Shown in pieces: positions 27,533 to 38,327 of a stretch of 64,000 nucleotides of DNA. The notes below the pieces were generated by a model. It saw only the letters and a list, made by a program, of their open reading frames with translations. It did no database searches and was not told where the DNA came from. Each line of letters opens with the position of its first letter. Positions within the stretch are counted from its first letter, which is position 1. The translations under genes and the position numbers were made by a program. The stretch covers positions 1-64,000 of the IMG/VR virus record IMGVR_UViG_3300043571_000443, one strand, 5' to 3'. The DNA comes from a virus.

Positions 27533-28768
27533 ATGCACATTCTTGTTTTGGCGGATGCTCCGCCGATGCCGGGCCTGACAACAGGCTTCGGCAGGGTAGC
27601 GGCGCACCTATGCCAGGCTCTGGTAGATGGCGGCCACAGCGTTACCCAAGTGGCGATCAACTACCTGCAGAAGGCCCAGCATTCCTACCCATGGCGGCTA
27701 CTTACCACCAAGGCCGCTGATCCCCTTGGCAATGATCAGCTGGTGGGCCTGATCAAGCGGTTCAAGCCCGATGCCGTGGTGGGCTTCAATGATATCTGGG
27801 TATGCAATCGGTGGTTTTCTATCCTATGGGCGACCTGCAAGAACTTGGGCATCACCCAGATCCCATTCTTTGGTTACTTCCCGGTGGACTGTGCAGGCTA
27901 TGAAGCCGAGCTAGCCCGGCTATTACCCCACTGGGCTGGGGTGGCCACCTACGCCCCCTTCGGGCTAGAGGTGCTGCGGGCCGCTGGCTACCAGGGCGAC
28001 TGCGCCATCATCCCCCATGGCATCGAGCCACCCCTCCAGCCTAGCCGTAGCCTATTGCCAGAGCCACTTAAAGACGCCTGGGTTGTACTGAGGACAGACA
28101 TCAACCGCCCCCGCAAGCGCTATGACCTAGCCATTCAAGCCTTCTGTGAATTTGCCCAGGGCAAGCCATTGCCGCCAGAACCGGGTGCCCCCATCCTCTG
28201 GCTACACTGCGCCGACTATGGTGATGACCTGCCTGTACGGGAGTACTATGAACGCACCCTAGCCAGGACCGGCTATGCGTTCGAGCAACGGCCATTACTG
28301 CGCAGCCATACTGCTGGCGATAACCATCATCCCTTCTGCAGTGATGCCGACCTAGCGGCCATCTATGCCAGTGCTAACTGCTACCTGCAGACCAGCGATG
28401 CCGAGGGCTGGGGCCTATGCCCGGTCGAGGCTAGCCAGTACGGCGCAACCGTCATTCTAGGCAACCACTCGGTCCACGCTGACCTATGGCCAGGGCGAGC
28501 ACTTATGGTGGATCCAATTGACTCGCGCTCAGAAACCTTTGGGCTGCTGCAGATTGACAAGGCTGGTCAGGTGCGCCAGGTTAGGACAGCGCTGGACTAT
28601 CCGGTTGTCTCCAGCCATGACTACGCCAGGGCCCTAGAGCAGGCCTACAGCAACCCCGATCTATGTCAGCAATATCAGCAACAGGCCCGGGAGCATTGGC
28701 AGTCTAGCTCGTTCCAGTGGCCAGTGATTGAGCAACAATTTAGGGATTGGATCGACGGGGCACCCTAA
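27533..28768 (+). CDS. GT-B (family 4) glycosyltransferase
   Basis: TGFGRVA, IIPHG, NRPRKRYD, EGWGLCPVEA. Confidence 0.88.
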   Translation: MHILVLADAPPMPGLTTGFGRVAAHLCQALVDGGHSVTQVAINYLQKAQHSYPWRLLTTKAADPLGNDQLVGLIKRFKPDAVVGFNDIWVCNRWFSILWATCKNLGITQIPFFGYFPVDCAGYEAELARLLPHWAGVATYAPFGLEVLRAAGYQGDCAIIPHGIEPPLQPSRSLLPEPLKDAWVVLRTDINRPRKRYDLAIQAFCEFAQGKPLPPEPGAPILWLHCADYGDDLPVREYYERTLARTGYAFEQRPLLRSHTAGDNHHPFCSDADLAAIYASANCYLQTSDAEGWGLCPVEASQYGATVILGNHSVHADLWPGRALMVDPIDSRSETFGLLQIDKAGQVRQVRTALDYPVVSSHDYARALEQAYSNPDLCQQYQQQAREHWQSSSFQWPVIEQQFRDWIDGAP

Positions 28769-28790
28769 AGTCGTTGCATTGTTCACCGCC

Positions 28791-29186
28791 ATGGCCCTCA
28801 CCGCTGACGACCTTAACCGCATTGTCAAGTATCGCGCCTTTAGCCTAGGTGACGAAGCTGGAGGGCCGCTAACCTGGCAAAGCGTCATGCAGTTAGTACA
28901 AAACCAGATCAACTTTGTCAATGCCCAAGATACTAAGTTCGGCACTGACGTTGCTGGCTTGATCCAGGCTGACCTGGACCAGATGGATGCTGACGATGCC
29001 GCCCAGACCGCAGCAGCCGGCCAAGCAGGCCTAAAGCGAGTGGATGTGATTGAGTATTTTCAAAGTGGATCCACCGTTGGCTACAGCGCCAATATTGAAC
29101 GACTGCGGCTGCGGGTAGCGGCCATGCTCAGCCAGACCTACTCGCCGATGATGGCCGCTGGCACATCTGAACTAGGCCGGGGGTAG
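28791..29186 (+). CDS. putative head-tail adaptor or head protein
   Basis: Position in the head module; LKRVDVIEY; GGGCACCCTA motif upstream. Confidence 0.5.
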   Translation: MALTADDLNRIVKYRAFSLGDEAGGPLTWQSVMQLVQNQINFVNAQDTKFGTDVAGLIQADLDQMDADDAAQTAAAGQAGLKRVDVIEYFQSGSTVGYSANIERLRLRVAAMLSQTYSPMMAAGTSELGRG

Positions 29187-29238
29187 GGCTGGGCACCCTA
29201 TTTTATGACCGGCGTGAAGCCAATATGCGTGATGCACC

Positions 29239-29973
29239 ATGATTGACGAACAACAACAACCGACCCCTGACGCACCCCAGGCGACTCCCCCTAATCCGCC
29301 AGCCAATAGCAGTCAGGATCCAAACAGCGAGACCGCCTATGCTACTTTGCAAAAGGAGCGGGAGGCCCGCAAGGAACTAGAGAAGAAAGCCAAGCAGCTT
29401 GAAACCCAACTGCAAGCCTTCAGCGGCATCGACCCTGGCAAGTACAAAGAAGCCATGGAGATCGCCGCTAAGCAGGCTGAGTGGGAACAACAACAGGCTG
29501 AACTACGGGCCCAGTTTGAGGCAGATGCCCAGGCCAAGTATGAGCCAGTGCTAGAGCAACAACGCCAGCAACTGGCAGCCGCCCAGCAGTCCTTGCTGGA
29601 CTTTCAGCGAGATACGGCCCTGGAGCAGGCGTTTTATGCCGCCGAAGGATTCCCGGGTGAATTTGAGCCTGCAGCATTAGCGCTGCGGGGCCGAGTGCGG
29701 GTGTCGGCCAATGGGCTGGAGGTGTTAGAGCCGGACGGCAAGACACCCGCCTATGTGGCCGACAAGGGCCAGAGCAGGCCCAAGACAGTCGCCGAGTTGA
29801 TCGACGAACTGAAGGGCACCACATCCTGGTTTGCCCGCCATTTCAAAGGTTCTGACCGGCCAGGCTTTGGTGTACTGGGTAGCCCGGGCCAGGGCCTGCC
29901 CGCCGAGGCGACTGGTAAGGATGTATGGGCTGCGGTGACAGCGCAACGCCAAAAACAATTTGGCGGTAGGTAG
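29239..29973 (+). CDS. capsid scaffolding protein
   Basis: Coiled coil (LQKEREARKELEK); directly upstream of the major capsid gene. Confidence 0.75.
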   Translation: MIDEQQQPTPDAPQATPPNPPANSSQDPNSETAYATLQKEREARKELEKKAKQLETQLQAFSGIDPGKYKEAMEIAAKQAEWEQQQAELRAQFEADAQAKYEPVLEQQRQQLAAAQQSLLDFQRDTALEQAFYAAEGFPGEFEPAALALRGRVRVSANGLEVLEPDGKTPAYVADKGQSRPKTVAELIDELKGTTSWFARHFKGSDRPGFGVLGSPGQGLPAEATGKDVWAAVTAQRQKQFGGR

Positions 29974-30059
29974 CCTGGGCACACTAGAACTATCGAGGCG
30001 TGATGCCTCATTAGCCTGCGTGATGCAGCACCACCACAAAAGCTTTTGAGGCATACCCC

Positions 30060-31001
30060 ATGGCATTAACATTAATCGAAGCAAGCAAGCTGACCCAAGA
30101 CCCGGTTACCCGGGCAGTCATCAATGAATTTTCTGCAGGCGAGATCCTTGGATCCATTCCTTTTGAAAATGAGGAAGGTTCTGGGGTTCACTACAACCGG
30201 GTGGATCAACTGCCTGGTGTTGGCTTCCGCGCCCTAAACGAAGCCTTTGACGAGTCCACCGGCGTCATCAACCCGCAGTCTGAAGCATTCCGGTTCTATG
30301 GCGGTGACATGGATGTTGACCGCGCTCTGGTTAACCTGAAGGGCCAACAGGCCCGGGTGGCCCATGAGCAACTGAAGATCGAAGCGCTGCGCCTTGGCTG
30401 GGAGTACCAGTTCATCAAGGGCGACTCCGCTGCTGATCCCCGTGGCTTTGATGGACTGCAAAAGCGGATCACTGGCAGCCAGTTGATCAGCAATGCGGAT
30501 GGCGGTGCAGCACTCAAGCTAACCAAGCTGGATGAACTGCTGAGCCAGGTCAAGTTTACTGGCGGCACCCCGTACCTGATGATGTCTCGCAAGATGAAGG
30601 ATCTGCTAACCGCAGCCTCTCGCGATACCACTAAGAGCGGGTTTATCCAGTATGAACAGGATACTTTTGGCCGCAAGCTACCCCAGTATGGCGGGGTACC
30701 TATCCTGACCGATGACATCAGCTCCCCCATCCTGCCCTTTACTGAGGCCAGCCCTGATGGCGCTGTATCGACCTGCACCAGCGTTTACTGTGTGGTCTTT
30801 GGCCCGCAGATGACCACTGGCATCCAGGGGCGCAATGATACGGCTAGCGGGTTCGGCATCAGCGCTCGGGACTTGGGCGAAGTCCAGGACAAGCCAGTAT
30901 TCCGTACTCGGGTGGACTGGAACTGCAGCTTTGCCATCTACAACGGCTACAGCGTAGCCCGGCTGTATGGCATCACCAATGCTGCTGTAGTGGCCTCCTA
31001 G
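30060..31001 (+). CDS. major capsid protein
   Basis: MALTLIEASKL, LPGVGFRALNE, GGDMDVDR, FDGLQKR, RTRVDW, ARLYGI. Confidence 0.9.
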   Translation: MALTLIEASKLTQDPVTRAVINEFSAGEILGSIPFENEEGSGVHYNRVDQLPGVGFRALNEAFDESTGVINPQSEAFRFYGGDMDVDRALVNLKGQQARVAHEQLKIEALRLGWEYQFIKGDSAADPRGFDGLQKRITGSQLISNADGGAALKLTKLDELLSQVKFTGGTPYLMMSRKMKDLLTAASRDTTKSGFIQYEQDTFGRKLPQYGGVPILTDDISSPILPFTEASPDGAVSTCTSVYCVVFGPQMTTGIQGRNDTASGFGISARDLGEVQDKPVFRTRVDWNCSFAIYNGYSVARLYGITNAAVVAS

Positions 31002-31042
31002 GCTACACCGATAGTTACTAACCCTTACTGGACCTAACGACC

Positions 31043-31498
31043 ATGCCTAACCTATCTGGGGCTAACCCCTCTCTGACTACGCCTAACCTCAAGGTGCGGC
31101 GCCATGACCCAATTGACGAAAGCCTGAAGCTAGCCGCCTTCTCTGGCATCAGCGCTAGCAATACCGCTAGCACCGGCATCGCCCTTAAGGCCGAGAAGAT
31201 CGGCCCATACCTGGCGGTGGTTTGCTACAACGGCCACGAAGCTGATGGATCCAAGTATTGGACCGTCAATGTGACCGGTGCGGATAACTCCAGCTTCACC
31301 AACGAAGTGGCCCTGGGCAGTATTAAGTTACTGTCTGGTAGCAGTGCTCGTAAAGAGTACCTGGCGCTTGATGGTGCGGCTGTTGCTAGCCTGATGGCAG
31401 CCGCTGGCGAAGGGGAAGCGGTCTATGTGCGGGCTACCGCCACCAAGACCAGCACCCCCGGCAACCTGACCGGCCAGGTTTACCTGACCTCTGACTAG
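31043..31498 (+). CDS. putative capsid decoration protein
   Basis: Follows the major capsid gene, before a terminator. Confidence 0.55.
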   Translation: MPNLSGANPSLTTPNLKVRRHDPIDESLKLAAFSGISASNTASTGIALKAEKIGPYLAVVCYNGHEADGSKYWTVNVTGADNSSFTNEVALGSIKLLSGSSARKEYLALDGAAVASLMAAAGEGEAVYVRATATKTSTPGNLTGQVYLTSD

Positions 31499-31533
31499 CG
31501 TCTGTTAAGTTTCTCCTCCGTGGTTCTCCCTCG

Positions 31534-31557
31534 CCCCGGCTTAGGCTGGGGTTTTTT
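31534..31557 (+). terminator. intrinsic terminator ending the head operon
   Basis: CCCCGGC-TTAG-GCTGGGG-TTTTTT. Confidence 0.7.
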
Positions 31558-31558
31558 C

Positions 31559-32872
31559 TTACCGCTTAAACCGCACCTCTACCACCTCATTCCCTTGAAT
31601 GATCACCCGCTCCACCAGTTCAGCATAGAGCTGTCGGCGCTCGGGCGCTTCCAATGTGCTCCAGTCCATCGTGGCTGCATCAATGGCCTGTTGCTGTAGC
31701 CGCTGGCTGCTGGCTAGCACCTGACCCTGGCTGCTACGCCTGGCCAGAATGTCGGCCTCGATAGCCGCTATCTCTTCAGCAATGGCGGAGCGGTGCGCCA
31801 GAGGCTTCAGGGCGGCTAGTTCTTGCTCTAGGGCAGCAATGGTAGGGTCAAAGGCTGTGTCGGCCTGCAGGCCATAGGCGATGGCCTCAGCATGATCGAT
31901 CAAGGCCTCCTGGATAGCGGCTTCGATCATGTCCTGGCGACAGGAACGGGTCTGGGGGCACCGTGGCCGGGTAGGGTATCCTCCGCCATTGGCAGCACAG
32001 ATAAAGTACCGGTTTTTTCCGCGAGAGTTGGGGCGGCACCGACAACCACAACTGCAGGACACAATCGGCGGCACCGCATGGATCCGGCCTTGGTTGTTGC
32101 CCCTCAGCTGACGGTTTAGGTCAATCCAGTACTCGATACGCTTGTACTCATCCTCGCTGATCAAGGCTGGGTGAGCATTGTAGCGCCATTCGTTAGTTTT
32201 GCGATAGTGCAGGTGACCGCGTAGGGTAGGGTTCTTTAGCCACGCCCGCCAGACTGTCCTGTTTCGACCAATGCCGTAGCGGTCTTGCATTAGATGGGTG
32301 AGCTGTAGCAGGTTGCCATGCTCCAGGTAGTAGCTAATGGCCTCCCTGGCCTTTTCCCAGTCTGGCCCCGGCTCGTAGCAGCTATTGTCAGCAGATCGTT
32401 GGTAGCCAAAAGGAGGTAGGCCACCCATCGGCCTGCCCTGTCGGCGTAGCTGCACGTTAGCCCGCTTCAGCCGTGCCGATAGCTCTTCAGAGTAGTAGTG
32501 GGCCATTAGCGACTTAACGCCGGTTGTAAGCAGCCCTGAGGCGGTCTGGAGTGTTATTTCCTGGCCGGTGGTAAGTTCTTTGACAATGACGCCAGCGGTC
32601 TCTAGCTGGGCCAAGCTTTCCATCGCCCAGACGGTATCTCTTGCCCAGCGAGTCCATTCCACCACCCAGACGGTTACCTGGTGCCGGTGCTGGCGTAGTT
32701 CAAGCGCCCGGTCAACTAGGCGTAGAAACTCGGGCCGGTCCCGACGGCGGCCAGACAATGACTCGGTAAATAGTTCGTCAAACTCTACCTGTTGTTGAAA
32801 TTGCTGGATCTGCAGGTCCAGGTTTTGGTCCTTGCTGCTGACCCGGCCATAGCATAGTTGATAGTGCGCCAT
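31559..32872 (-). CDS. large serine recombinase (integrase)
   Basis: YGRVSS..Q, SGRRRDRPEF, RWARD, PPFGY, Zn ribbon CSCG..C..C, coiled coil. Confidence 0.92.
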   Translation of the reverse strand: MAHYQLCYGRVSSKDQNLDLQIQQFQQQVEFDELFTESLSGRRRDRPEFLRLVDRALELRQHRHQVTVWVVEWTRWARDTVWAMESLAQLETAGVIVKELTTGQEITLQTASGLLTTGVKSLMAHYYSEELSARLKRANVQLRRQGRPMGGLPPFGYQRSADNSCYEPGPDWEKAREAISYYLEHGNLLQLTHLMQDRYGIGRNRTVWRAWLKNPTLRGHLHYRKTNEWRYNAHPALISEDEYKRIEYWIDLNRQLRGNNQGRIHAVPPIVSCSCGCRCRPNSRGKNRYFICAANGGGYPTRPRCPQTRSCRQDMIEAAIQEALIDHAEAIAYGLQADTAFDPTIAALEQELAALKPLAHRSAIAEEIAAIEADILARRSSQGQVLASSQRLQQQAIDAATMDWSTLEAPERRQLYAELVERVIIQGNEVVEVRFKR

Positions 32873-32976
32873 GGGTTACGCCCTCCCCCACGACTAGCCT
32901 ACTATGGCGCTACCAGCTAGGGGTGCCATGGCATAACACGCTTGCAGGATGTGTCATGGCGGTACTGGGGTGGGGG

Positions 32977-34071
32977 TCAAGCTGATCGCTCGATTACAGC
33001 AGATGTCCGCCAATAGTAACTTACCTGAGGATCCGCGCCTAGCGTCGTCAACGTCAAGGTGTTTGACTCTGTGTCTATAATTCCGAACCGGTTGCCGCCA
33101 TCCTTAAGATATGGAATGCAGTAGATCTTTGTACCTACAACAGCAGATGTCCGCCAATAGTAACTTACCTGAGGATCCGCGCCTAGCGTCGTCAACGTCA
33201 AGGTGTTTGACTCTGTGTCTATAATTCCGAACCGGTTGCCGCCATCCTTAAGATATGGAATGCAGTAGATCTTTGTACCTACAACAGCGGACGTTAACCA
33301 GCGATACTGTATTTCCGGATCAGCTCCTAAGTCTACTAACTCTAGCGTGTCTGACTCGGTATCTAGAATACCAAACCGATTACCTGCTATTGGGCCAAGC
33401 GAAGGATCGCCTACACTGCTAAAAGGAATGGAATAAATTTTCATTCCTACGATAGCAGATGTATTCCATGAATATATTATATTAGGATCAAGGCCTAATC
33501 TTGTTAACATCAATGTGTTTGACTGCACATTTATAATACCAAAATGATTACTTCCAATTAGCGCTACAGATGGAATGCAATAAATCTTTGTGCCTACACT
33601 AATACATGAAGACCAATTGTAAGTTACCTGAATATTCGCAGTTAGCGTGGTTAAGGTTAACAGATCTAATGCCGTGTCTATAATCCCAAACTGGGTTGTT
33701 CCACTTGTGCCAAAAGACGGAATGCAATAAACGCTTGTGCCTACAACAACAGATGCAAACCAGTTATAACTAACCTGAGAATTAACATTTAGTGTAGTCA
33801 ATGTTAATGAGTTTGATCCTGCATTTATAATCCCGAATTGATTATTTCCGCTTGTGGCGACAGATGGGACACAATATATCTTTGACCCTACGACAGCAGA
33901 TGTAGCCCACTGATAATCAATTTGCGTATCAACTCCTAATGTTTTTAGGCCCAAGACATTTGATTGTGCATTGATAAGACCAAACTGATTCCCTCCAGAG
34001 CCTTCAAAAGGAATGCAATAAATATCGAATTTCTCCCCCCCAAACCATACCCAGCCTAGCTGCCTACCCAT
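32977..34071 (-). CDS. AT-rich beta-propeller repeat protein (putative receptor binding)
   Basis: About 7 repeats W..S.VVGTKIYCIP...FGII. Confidence 0.7.
   Translation of the reverse strand: MGRQLGWVWFGGEKFDIYCIPFEGSGGNQFGLINAQSNVLGLKTLGVDTQIDYQWATSAVVGSKIYCVPSVATSGNNQFGIINAGSNSLTLTTLNVNSQVSYNWFASVVVGTSVYCIPSFGTSGTTQFGIIDTALDLLTLTTLTANIQVTYNWSSCISVGTKIYCIPSVALIGSNHFGIINVQSNTLMLTRLGLDPNIIYSWNTSAIVGMKIYSIPFSSVGDPSLGPIAGNRFGILDTESDTLELVDLGADPEIQYRWLTSAVVGTKIYCIPYLKDGGNRFGIIDTESNTLTLTTLGADPQVSYYWRTSAVVGTKIYCIPYLKDGGNRFGIIDTESNTLTLTTLGADPQVSYYWRTSAVIERSA
32996..33288. repeat. 144-bp tandem duplication, identical by eye
   Basis: 32996-33139 matches 33140-33283, plus 5 further nt. Confidence 0.9.
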
Positions 34072-34073
34072 CC

Positions 34074-34949
34074 CTACTCCTCCTCCATGGCCAGGTCAAA
34101 GGCTGCTGACTGAAACTGCACCGTAAACGACAGCAGTTCAGGCCCGACGGTAACGCCGGTCAAGCCTAGCTTTAGCAAGCTCTTGGCCTCTAAAATCGTG
34201 GTGCCTAGGGTTACTGGCTGGTTCTGACCATTGGCGGTATCGACTAACAGCGTAGCCGTGATGGTGCGGTTTACCTGCTGGTTATTTTGGGTGACCGTCC
34301 AAGCTAATGTACTAGCCCCAGCGCCTTGGGTCACACTAGCCACAACGACTGGATCCGCATTGACCCGCAAGTGCAGCGCCATGATCTTACGCGGCTCATC
34401 GTTGTAGGTGATCAACGGGTATTGCTTAACTGCTGGCGTTTCAATGCCGCCGCTCAGCGAGTCCAGGCCAGAGGCGACCGGGATCCACTTGCCGCCTGTG
34501 TTAGCGCCTGACTGCTGCCAGTAGTACAGCGTCATGGTGTCGCGGTCTAGGTAGCGGTCAAACAAGTACCTAGCCGCCAGAGGTGTCTCGCCCTGGCTTT
34601 GGGTGTTGGGGTCGCCTTGCCATGCCTGGAAGCCTCGCTCCTCAGCGACCTGGGCTAGGCGTTCCCGTAGGTCGCGGATAGCCTGGGCATCGCCGCCAAA
34701 GCTGGCAGGCATACCACCAACTAGGCCATTGTTAGCTGGTACAGCCTGGCCGACCGGCACCCCGCCAGAGGTGACCGTTCCCTTGGGGCGGTAGCTACCG
34801 GCTGCGCCAACGGTGCGATAGTTGCCGCCACCGTCATAGATGGCTGTGCGCTGGGCCTGGTCAGCACTGGCCGACTGGCTAGCCTGCTGGCCCTCTAGGC
34901 GTTGTTGTTGGCTGTTCAGCACCCGGCTGGTGATGGGTTGGGTTGCCAT
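34074..34949 (-). CDS. putative tail protein
   Basis: Operon position. Confidence 0.55.
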   Translation of the reverse strand: MATQPITSRVLNSQQQRLEGQQASQSASADQAQRTAIYDGGGNYRTVGAAGSYRPKGTVTSGGVPVGQAVPANNGLVGGMPASFGGDAQAIRDLRERLAQVAEERGFQAWQGDPNTQSQGETPLAARYLFDRYLDRDTMTLYYWQQSGANTGGKWIPVASGLDSLSGGIETPAVKQYPLITYNDEPRKIMALHLRVNADPVVVASVTQGAGASTLAWTVTQNNQQVNRTITATLLVDTANGQNQPVTLGTTILEAKSLLKLGLTGVTVGPELLSFTVQFQSAAFDLAMEEE

Positions 34950-34966
34950 GGCTAGTCAGGATAAGG

Positions 34967-35647
34967 TTAGCTAGTCGGTAATTCCGCCGTTGGGGCCGTA
35001 AAGTTTGCGGTGTATCGGGCAACACCTTTTGTTACCCTAAAATCGTCTATCCATGCGCCTCCAGAGGCTATAAGAGTATTAGCCTGGATCACGAATGGGT
35101 TATTGTTAATATTCCAGCTTGTGCTATTTGATGCAGACCCCAATGCGACGCCATTCTGAAAAACTCTCATGGTAGTGCCTTGCCTTGTTAAGGCAATGTG
35201 CGCCCAAGTATTAGCGCCAGCAGGCGTCCAGCTAAATTCAACTTCCCATGCTACGTTTTCCAAAAGTACGCCGATCCTTCTTCCACTAGATATTCTGCTC
35301 CCAAAAGCAAACACGTTGCCGGTCTTGCCGAAGCAAAACCTAAAATCAGAGGCAAGGGTTCCGCTATACCTAAGCCAAAACTCTATGGTAAAGTCCCCTG
35401 TACCCCAGTCAAACGCAGCATTGTAAGGGGTCTCAATCGCTCCGCCCGAGATGGATCCATTGCCATACCTAAACTGAGCTGTGGTAATTACAGGGCTGCC
35501 GCTAGAAACTGTCACGGTTCTATTGGCCGGCCCAGAATCCACAAAAGTAGTACTATTATTCGTGCCGTTGCCAAGCAAAAGCAACGAAACATTGTTGTAG
35601 AATGGATCCCTTTCACCCCCAAGCAACCCGACAGGAAACGTAAACAT
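34967..35647 (-). CDS. LamG/ConA-like tail fibre protein
   Basis: DPFYNNVSLLL, GTGDFTIEFW, WAHIALTR, IDDFRVTKGVARY. Confidence 0.85.
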   Translation of the reverse strand: MFTFPVGLLGGERDPFYNNVSLLLLGNGTNNSTTFVDSGPANRTVTVSSGSPVITTAQFRYGNGSISGGAIETPYNAAFDWGTGDFTIEFWLRYSGTLASDFRFCFGKTGNVFAFGSRISSGRRIGVLLENVAWEVEFSWTPAGANTWAHIALTRQGTTMRVFQNGVALGSASNSTSWNINNNPFVIQANTLIASGGAWIDDFRVTKGVARYTANFTAPTAELPTS

Positions 35648-37128
35648 TACTTGAGATCCTTCATCAGGTTACACAATAAAACGGATCCATTGTAAACACA
35701 GCTTAAAACGTCAACCGCATTGGCGGTAGTCGTCAAGGCTGGGGCAGTCCCGCCAGGGAATTTGAATGCTGAGTTATAAGCCAACGTCCTAGATCCTGTA
35801 CCATCTTGGGTAACAATCCATAGGTAAGTGCCCCCTGATCCTAAGTTAGTTGGAGCGCCTAACGTTCTATTGCCGCCTAGCGTGACTGTAAAAACATTCC
35901 CTTGGCTGGCATCTGTGGCGATAGTGGCTGCATCTGTCAGGCTAACCGGAGCAACGACCTGAGCTGCCGTATAAGACTGGCTTCGGTTAGTAGCGGCTAC
36001 GGTGTAAGTTGCGCCGTCGCTTTCAAGCCGCCATTGCAGGCTATTGTTGACGTTGACTAAATCAATCTCGTCTGCACCTGTGCTAGTAATCCCCGCCTGC
36101 TCCGCTAGCACTAACGCCGATGCAGAAGAAACGCTCCCTGACGCCCCTTGAGCCGCTAAGACCTGCCAATAAGTTGCATTGGGTGGAGTGTTGCCGGTAG
36201 TCTGAGCGATGGCTACATAGCTTGTGCCGTCCAGGAATACGCTATCTCTAATCAGATAGGTCGTTGCATTGTTGTAGACTCCTTGAGGATTAAGGCTAGC
36301 CCCCTGTGGCCCGGTAGGCCCCTGCGGCCCCGTCGCTCCTGTTGCCCCAGTGGGACCGGTCGCGCCCTGTGGCCCTGTTGCACCTTGAGGACCGGCAGGC
36401 CCAGTAGCGCCGGTTGCTCCAGTCGCTCCAGTCGGCCCGGCAGGCCCAGTAGCACCAGCCGCCCCAGCCACCCCCCAGGTCAGCGTCACCCCGCCCGCCA
36501 GGGTGCCATTGCTAGCCACATGGGTCACTGCTAGGGTGCGGTCTGTGCCGTTGTCAGTGCTGCTGGTGACGGTGTAGTAAGCAAAGGCCAATGGATCCGA
36601 CTCGTCTAGGATCTGGATCGGGCTACCATTGGCGATGGTGCCAAGCAGGCTAGCGATAGCCGCCCCATTGCGGTCCGTCTCGCTGACATAAAGCTGGGTG
36701 GCACTGGCTGGGCTGGCATTGTTAAGCCGTAGCAGGCCAGCCCCAGGACCGCTGCTGGTGCTAGTGCTGAAGGTATAGCGGATGCCAAAGGCCCCGGCCC
36801 CCGCGTCGCCCCGGGGGATGGTGAAGTCTAGCACCGCCGCTGATGTGGTGCCGCTGTTGGTGACTGTGGCATTGCTGCCAGCGCTGCCAGTCGTGATCGC
36901 CCCAATGCTCACCGTTGCCGCCTGGCCGTCGGCGGCACTGCCCGACATTAGCGCCCCTGCAGTAGTGCCCGTAGTGCGGTACAGCTTACCTGCATTGGGT
37001 GCCGTCAAGCATTGCACCAGGATACCTGCCTCAGTTGGCACATAGCTAGACGGATCGCCGGTGAAAGTCACCACTTTCGAGCTATGGAGCTGGGCCCCAG
37101 TCAGGGTATTATGTTCAACCTCTGGCAT
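35647..37128 (-). CDS. collagen-like tail fibre
   Basis: (GXY)n run; YNNATTY..D.V carbohydrate-binding-like module; [22 protein letters not shown]. Confidence 0.85.
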   Translation of the reverse strand: MPEVEHNTLTGAQLHSSKVVTFTGDPSSYVPTEAGILVQCLTAPNAGKLYRTTGTTAGALMSGSAADGQAATVSIGAITTGSAGSNATVTNSGTTSAAVLDFTIPRGDAGAGAFGIRYTFSTSTSSGPGAGLLRLNNASPASATQLYVSETDRNGAAIASLLGTIANGSPIQILDESDPLAFAYYTVTSSTDNGTDRTLAVTHVASNGTLAGGVTLTWGVAGAAGATGPAGPTGATGATGATGPAGPQGATGPQGATGPTGATGATGPQGPTGPQGASLNPQGVYNNATTYLIRDSVFLDGTSYVAIAQTTGNTPPNATYWQVLAAQGASGSVSSASALVLAEQAGITSTGADEIDLVNVNNSLQWRLESDGATYTVAATNRSQSYTAAQVVAPVSLTDAATIATDASQGNVFTVTLGGNRTLGAPTNLGSGGTYLWIVTQDGTGSRTLAYNSAFKFPGGTAPALTTTANAVDVLSCVYNGSVLLCNLMKDLK

Positions 37129-37140
37129 ATCAGTCCCCGT

Positions 37141-37326
37141 TTATGCCTTAGTGTTCCCACTACTACGCCTGCGCTCTGGATCCCAGATGATCGTACAGTC
37201 CTTGAGTGCGTAGTTATACCACGCGCCATCCGGGCCATGGATGATCAGCCGCTGTCCCTGGATCTGGGCAAGGCCCCGTACAGCCGTGCCATCGGTCTTG
37301 GTGACAATTGCCTGTCTTGGTACCAT
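37141..37326 (-). CDS. hypothetical protein
   Basis: Starts directly after the lysin stop. Confidence 0.5.
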   Translation of the reverse strand: MVPRQAIVTKTDGTAVRGLAQIQGQRLIIHGPDGAWYNYALKDCTIIWDPERRRSSGNTKA

Positions 37327-38079
37327 TTAGTTCACCCCTGGATAGGTCCATCGAGCCCGGTAGCCCCGGCCATCAATATGCACAAACCCCTGGCCCCGGG
37401 CTAGCCCACCTCGACTAGCCCACCATGGATCCAAACGATTATACACATTCACCAACGATACACCAGGGATGTGAAAGTCCACCGCATCGCCGACCATGTG
37501 CCGACTCTGACTGGCACCGCCTATCCTGCGGTTAGTCACTGGATCCCGGTACCAGGAGTTAACCACGACTGGTGCGCCGCCGAATAGGCCACGCACATTC
37601 TGCATTACCTCAGCGATCTTGATAATTTTGTAGACCACATCCGGGTTAGCAGGTTGCCGGTAGCTGCCAGCGCTGTCCACATGGAGCGCTTCACCCCAGG
37701 TAAAGCTCTGGCTTTTTAGGCCAATTGAGTCGGTGCTGTAGTAGTTGCCATTGAACCCTGGCAGGACGATGCCATAGCCTTTGGCGGTATCGCTGGGGGT
37801 ATCCTTGGGGTCATTGTCAGCGCCATGGCCTTGGGGGTCCAGGCAATGCTGAGCATAGATCCACCAGGTATTTTTGCGAGATGGGTGCAGGGTGGCCAGG
37901 TTAAAGCCGGTGGCATCGACCGTAAAGCAGATATGGCCATGCTCATGGCGATAGGCCAGGATCGGGATCACGGTGCCTTTTAGCACCTTGGGAATTTCGT
38001 CAGCCTCGAAGCTAGCCGCTGGCTCAGGCAACGGCTTCAGGTAGGTATCGACGGTAATGGTAAGGGTGGGGCGTTCCAT
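37327..38079 (-). CDS. endolysin, peptidase M15 family
   Basis: NSWYRDP..N..IGGASQSRH..GDAVDF, FVHID. Confidence 0.88.
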   Translation of the reverse strand: MERPTLTITVDTYLKPLPEPAASFEADEIPKVLKGTVIPILAYRHEHGHICFTVDATGFNLATLHPSRKNTWWIYAQHCLDPQGHGADNDPKDTPSDTAKGYGIVLPGFNGNYYSTDSIGLKSQSFTWGEALHVDSAGSYRQPANPDVVYKIIKIAEVMQNVRGLFGGAPVVVNSWYRDPVTNRRIGGASQSRHMVGDAVDFHIPGVSLVNVYNRLDPWWASRGGLARGQGFVHIDGRGYRARWTYPGVN

Positions 38080-38231
38080 AGGTTCTCCTGGGTGATATAA
38101 CCTCGACGGCCACTACCAGAACGCCTACGGCCTGCATCCTGGATCCAAACGGCAGCAATGACGATAGTTAGTAGCAGGGCGATAGTACGCATGACTGGAC
38201 CGGGCTAGCTAGCTATAGGGTGCCCAGCCGG

Positions 38232-38327
38232 TTGACAGCCACTAGCCTACGGTTTATAGTTGGGTTGTGACCAAACGAACTCCTAACTCTCAGCCCTCAG
38301 CACCTTGGGAAATGCTGGGGGTTTTTT
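38232..38327 (+). ncRNA. candidate small RNA (promoter, about 60 nt, terminator)
   Basis: TTGACA(38232)-N17-TATAGT(38255); hairpin CCTCAGCA..TGCTGGGG then TTTTTT ending at 38327. Confidence 0.45.
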
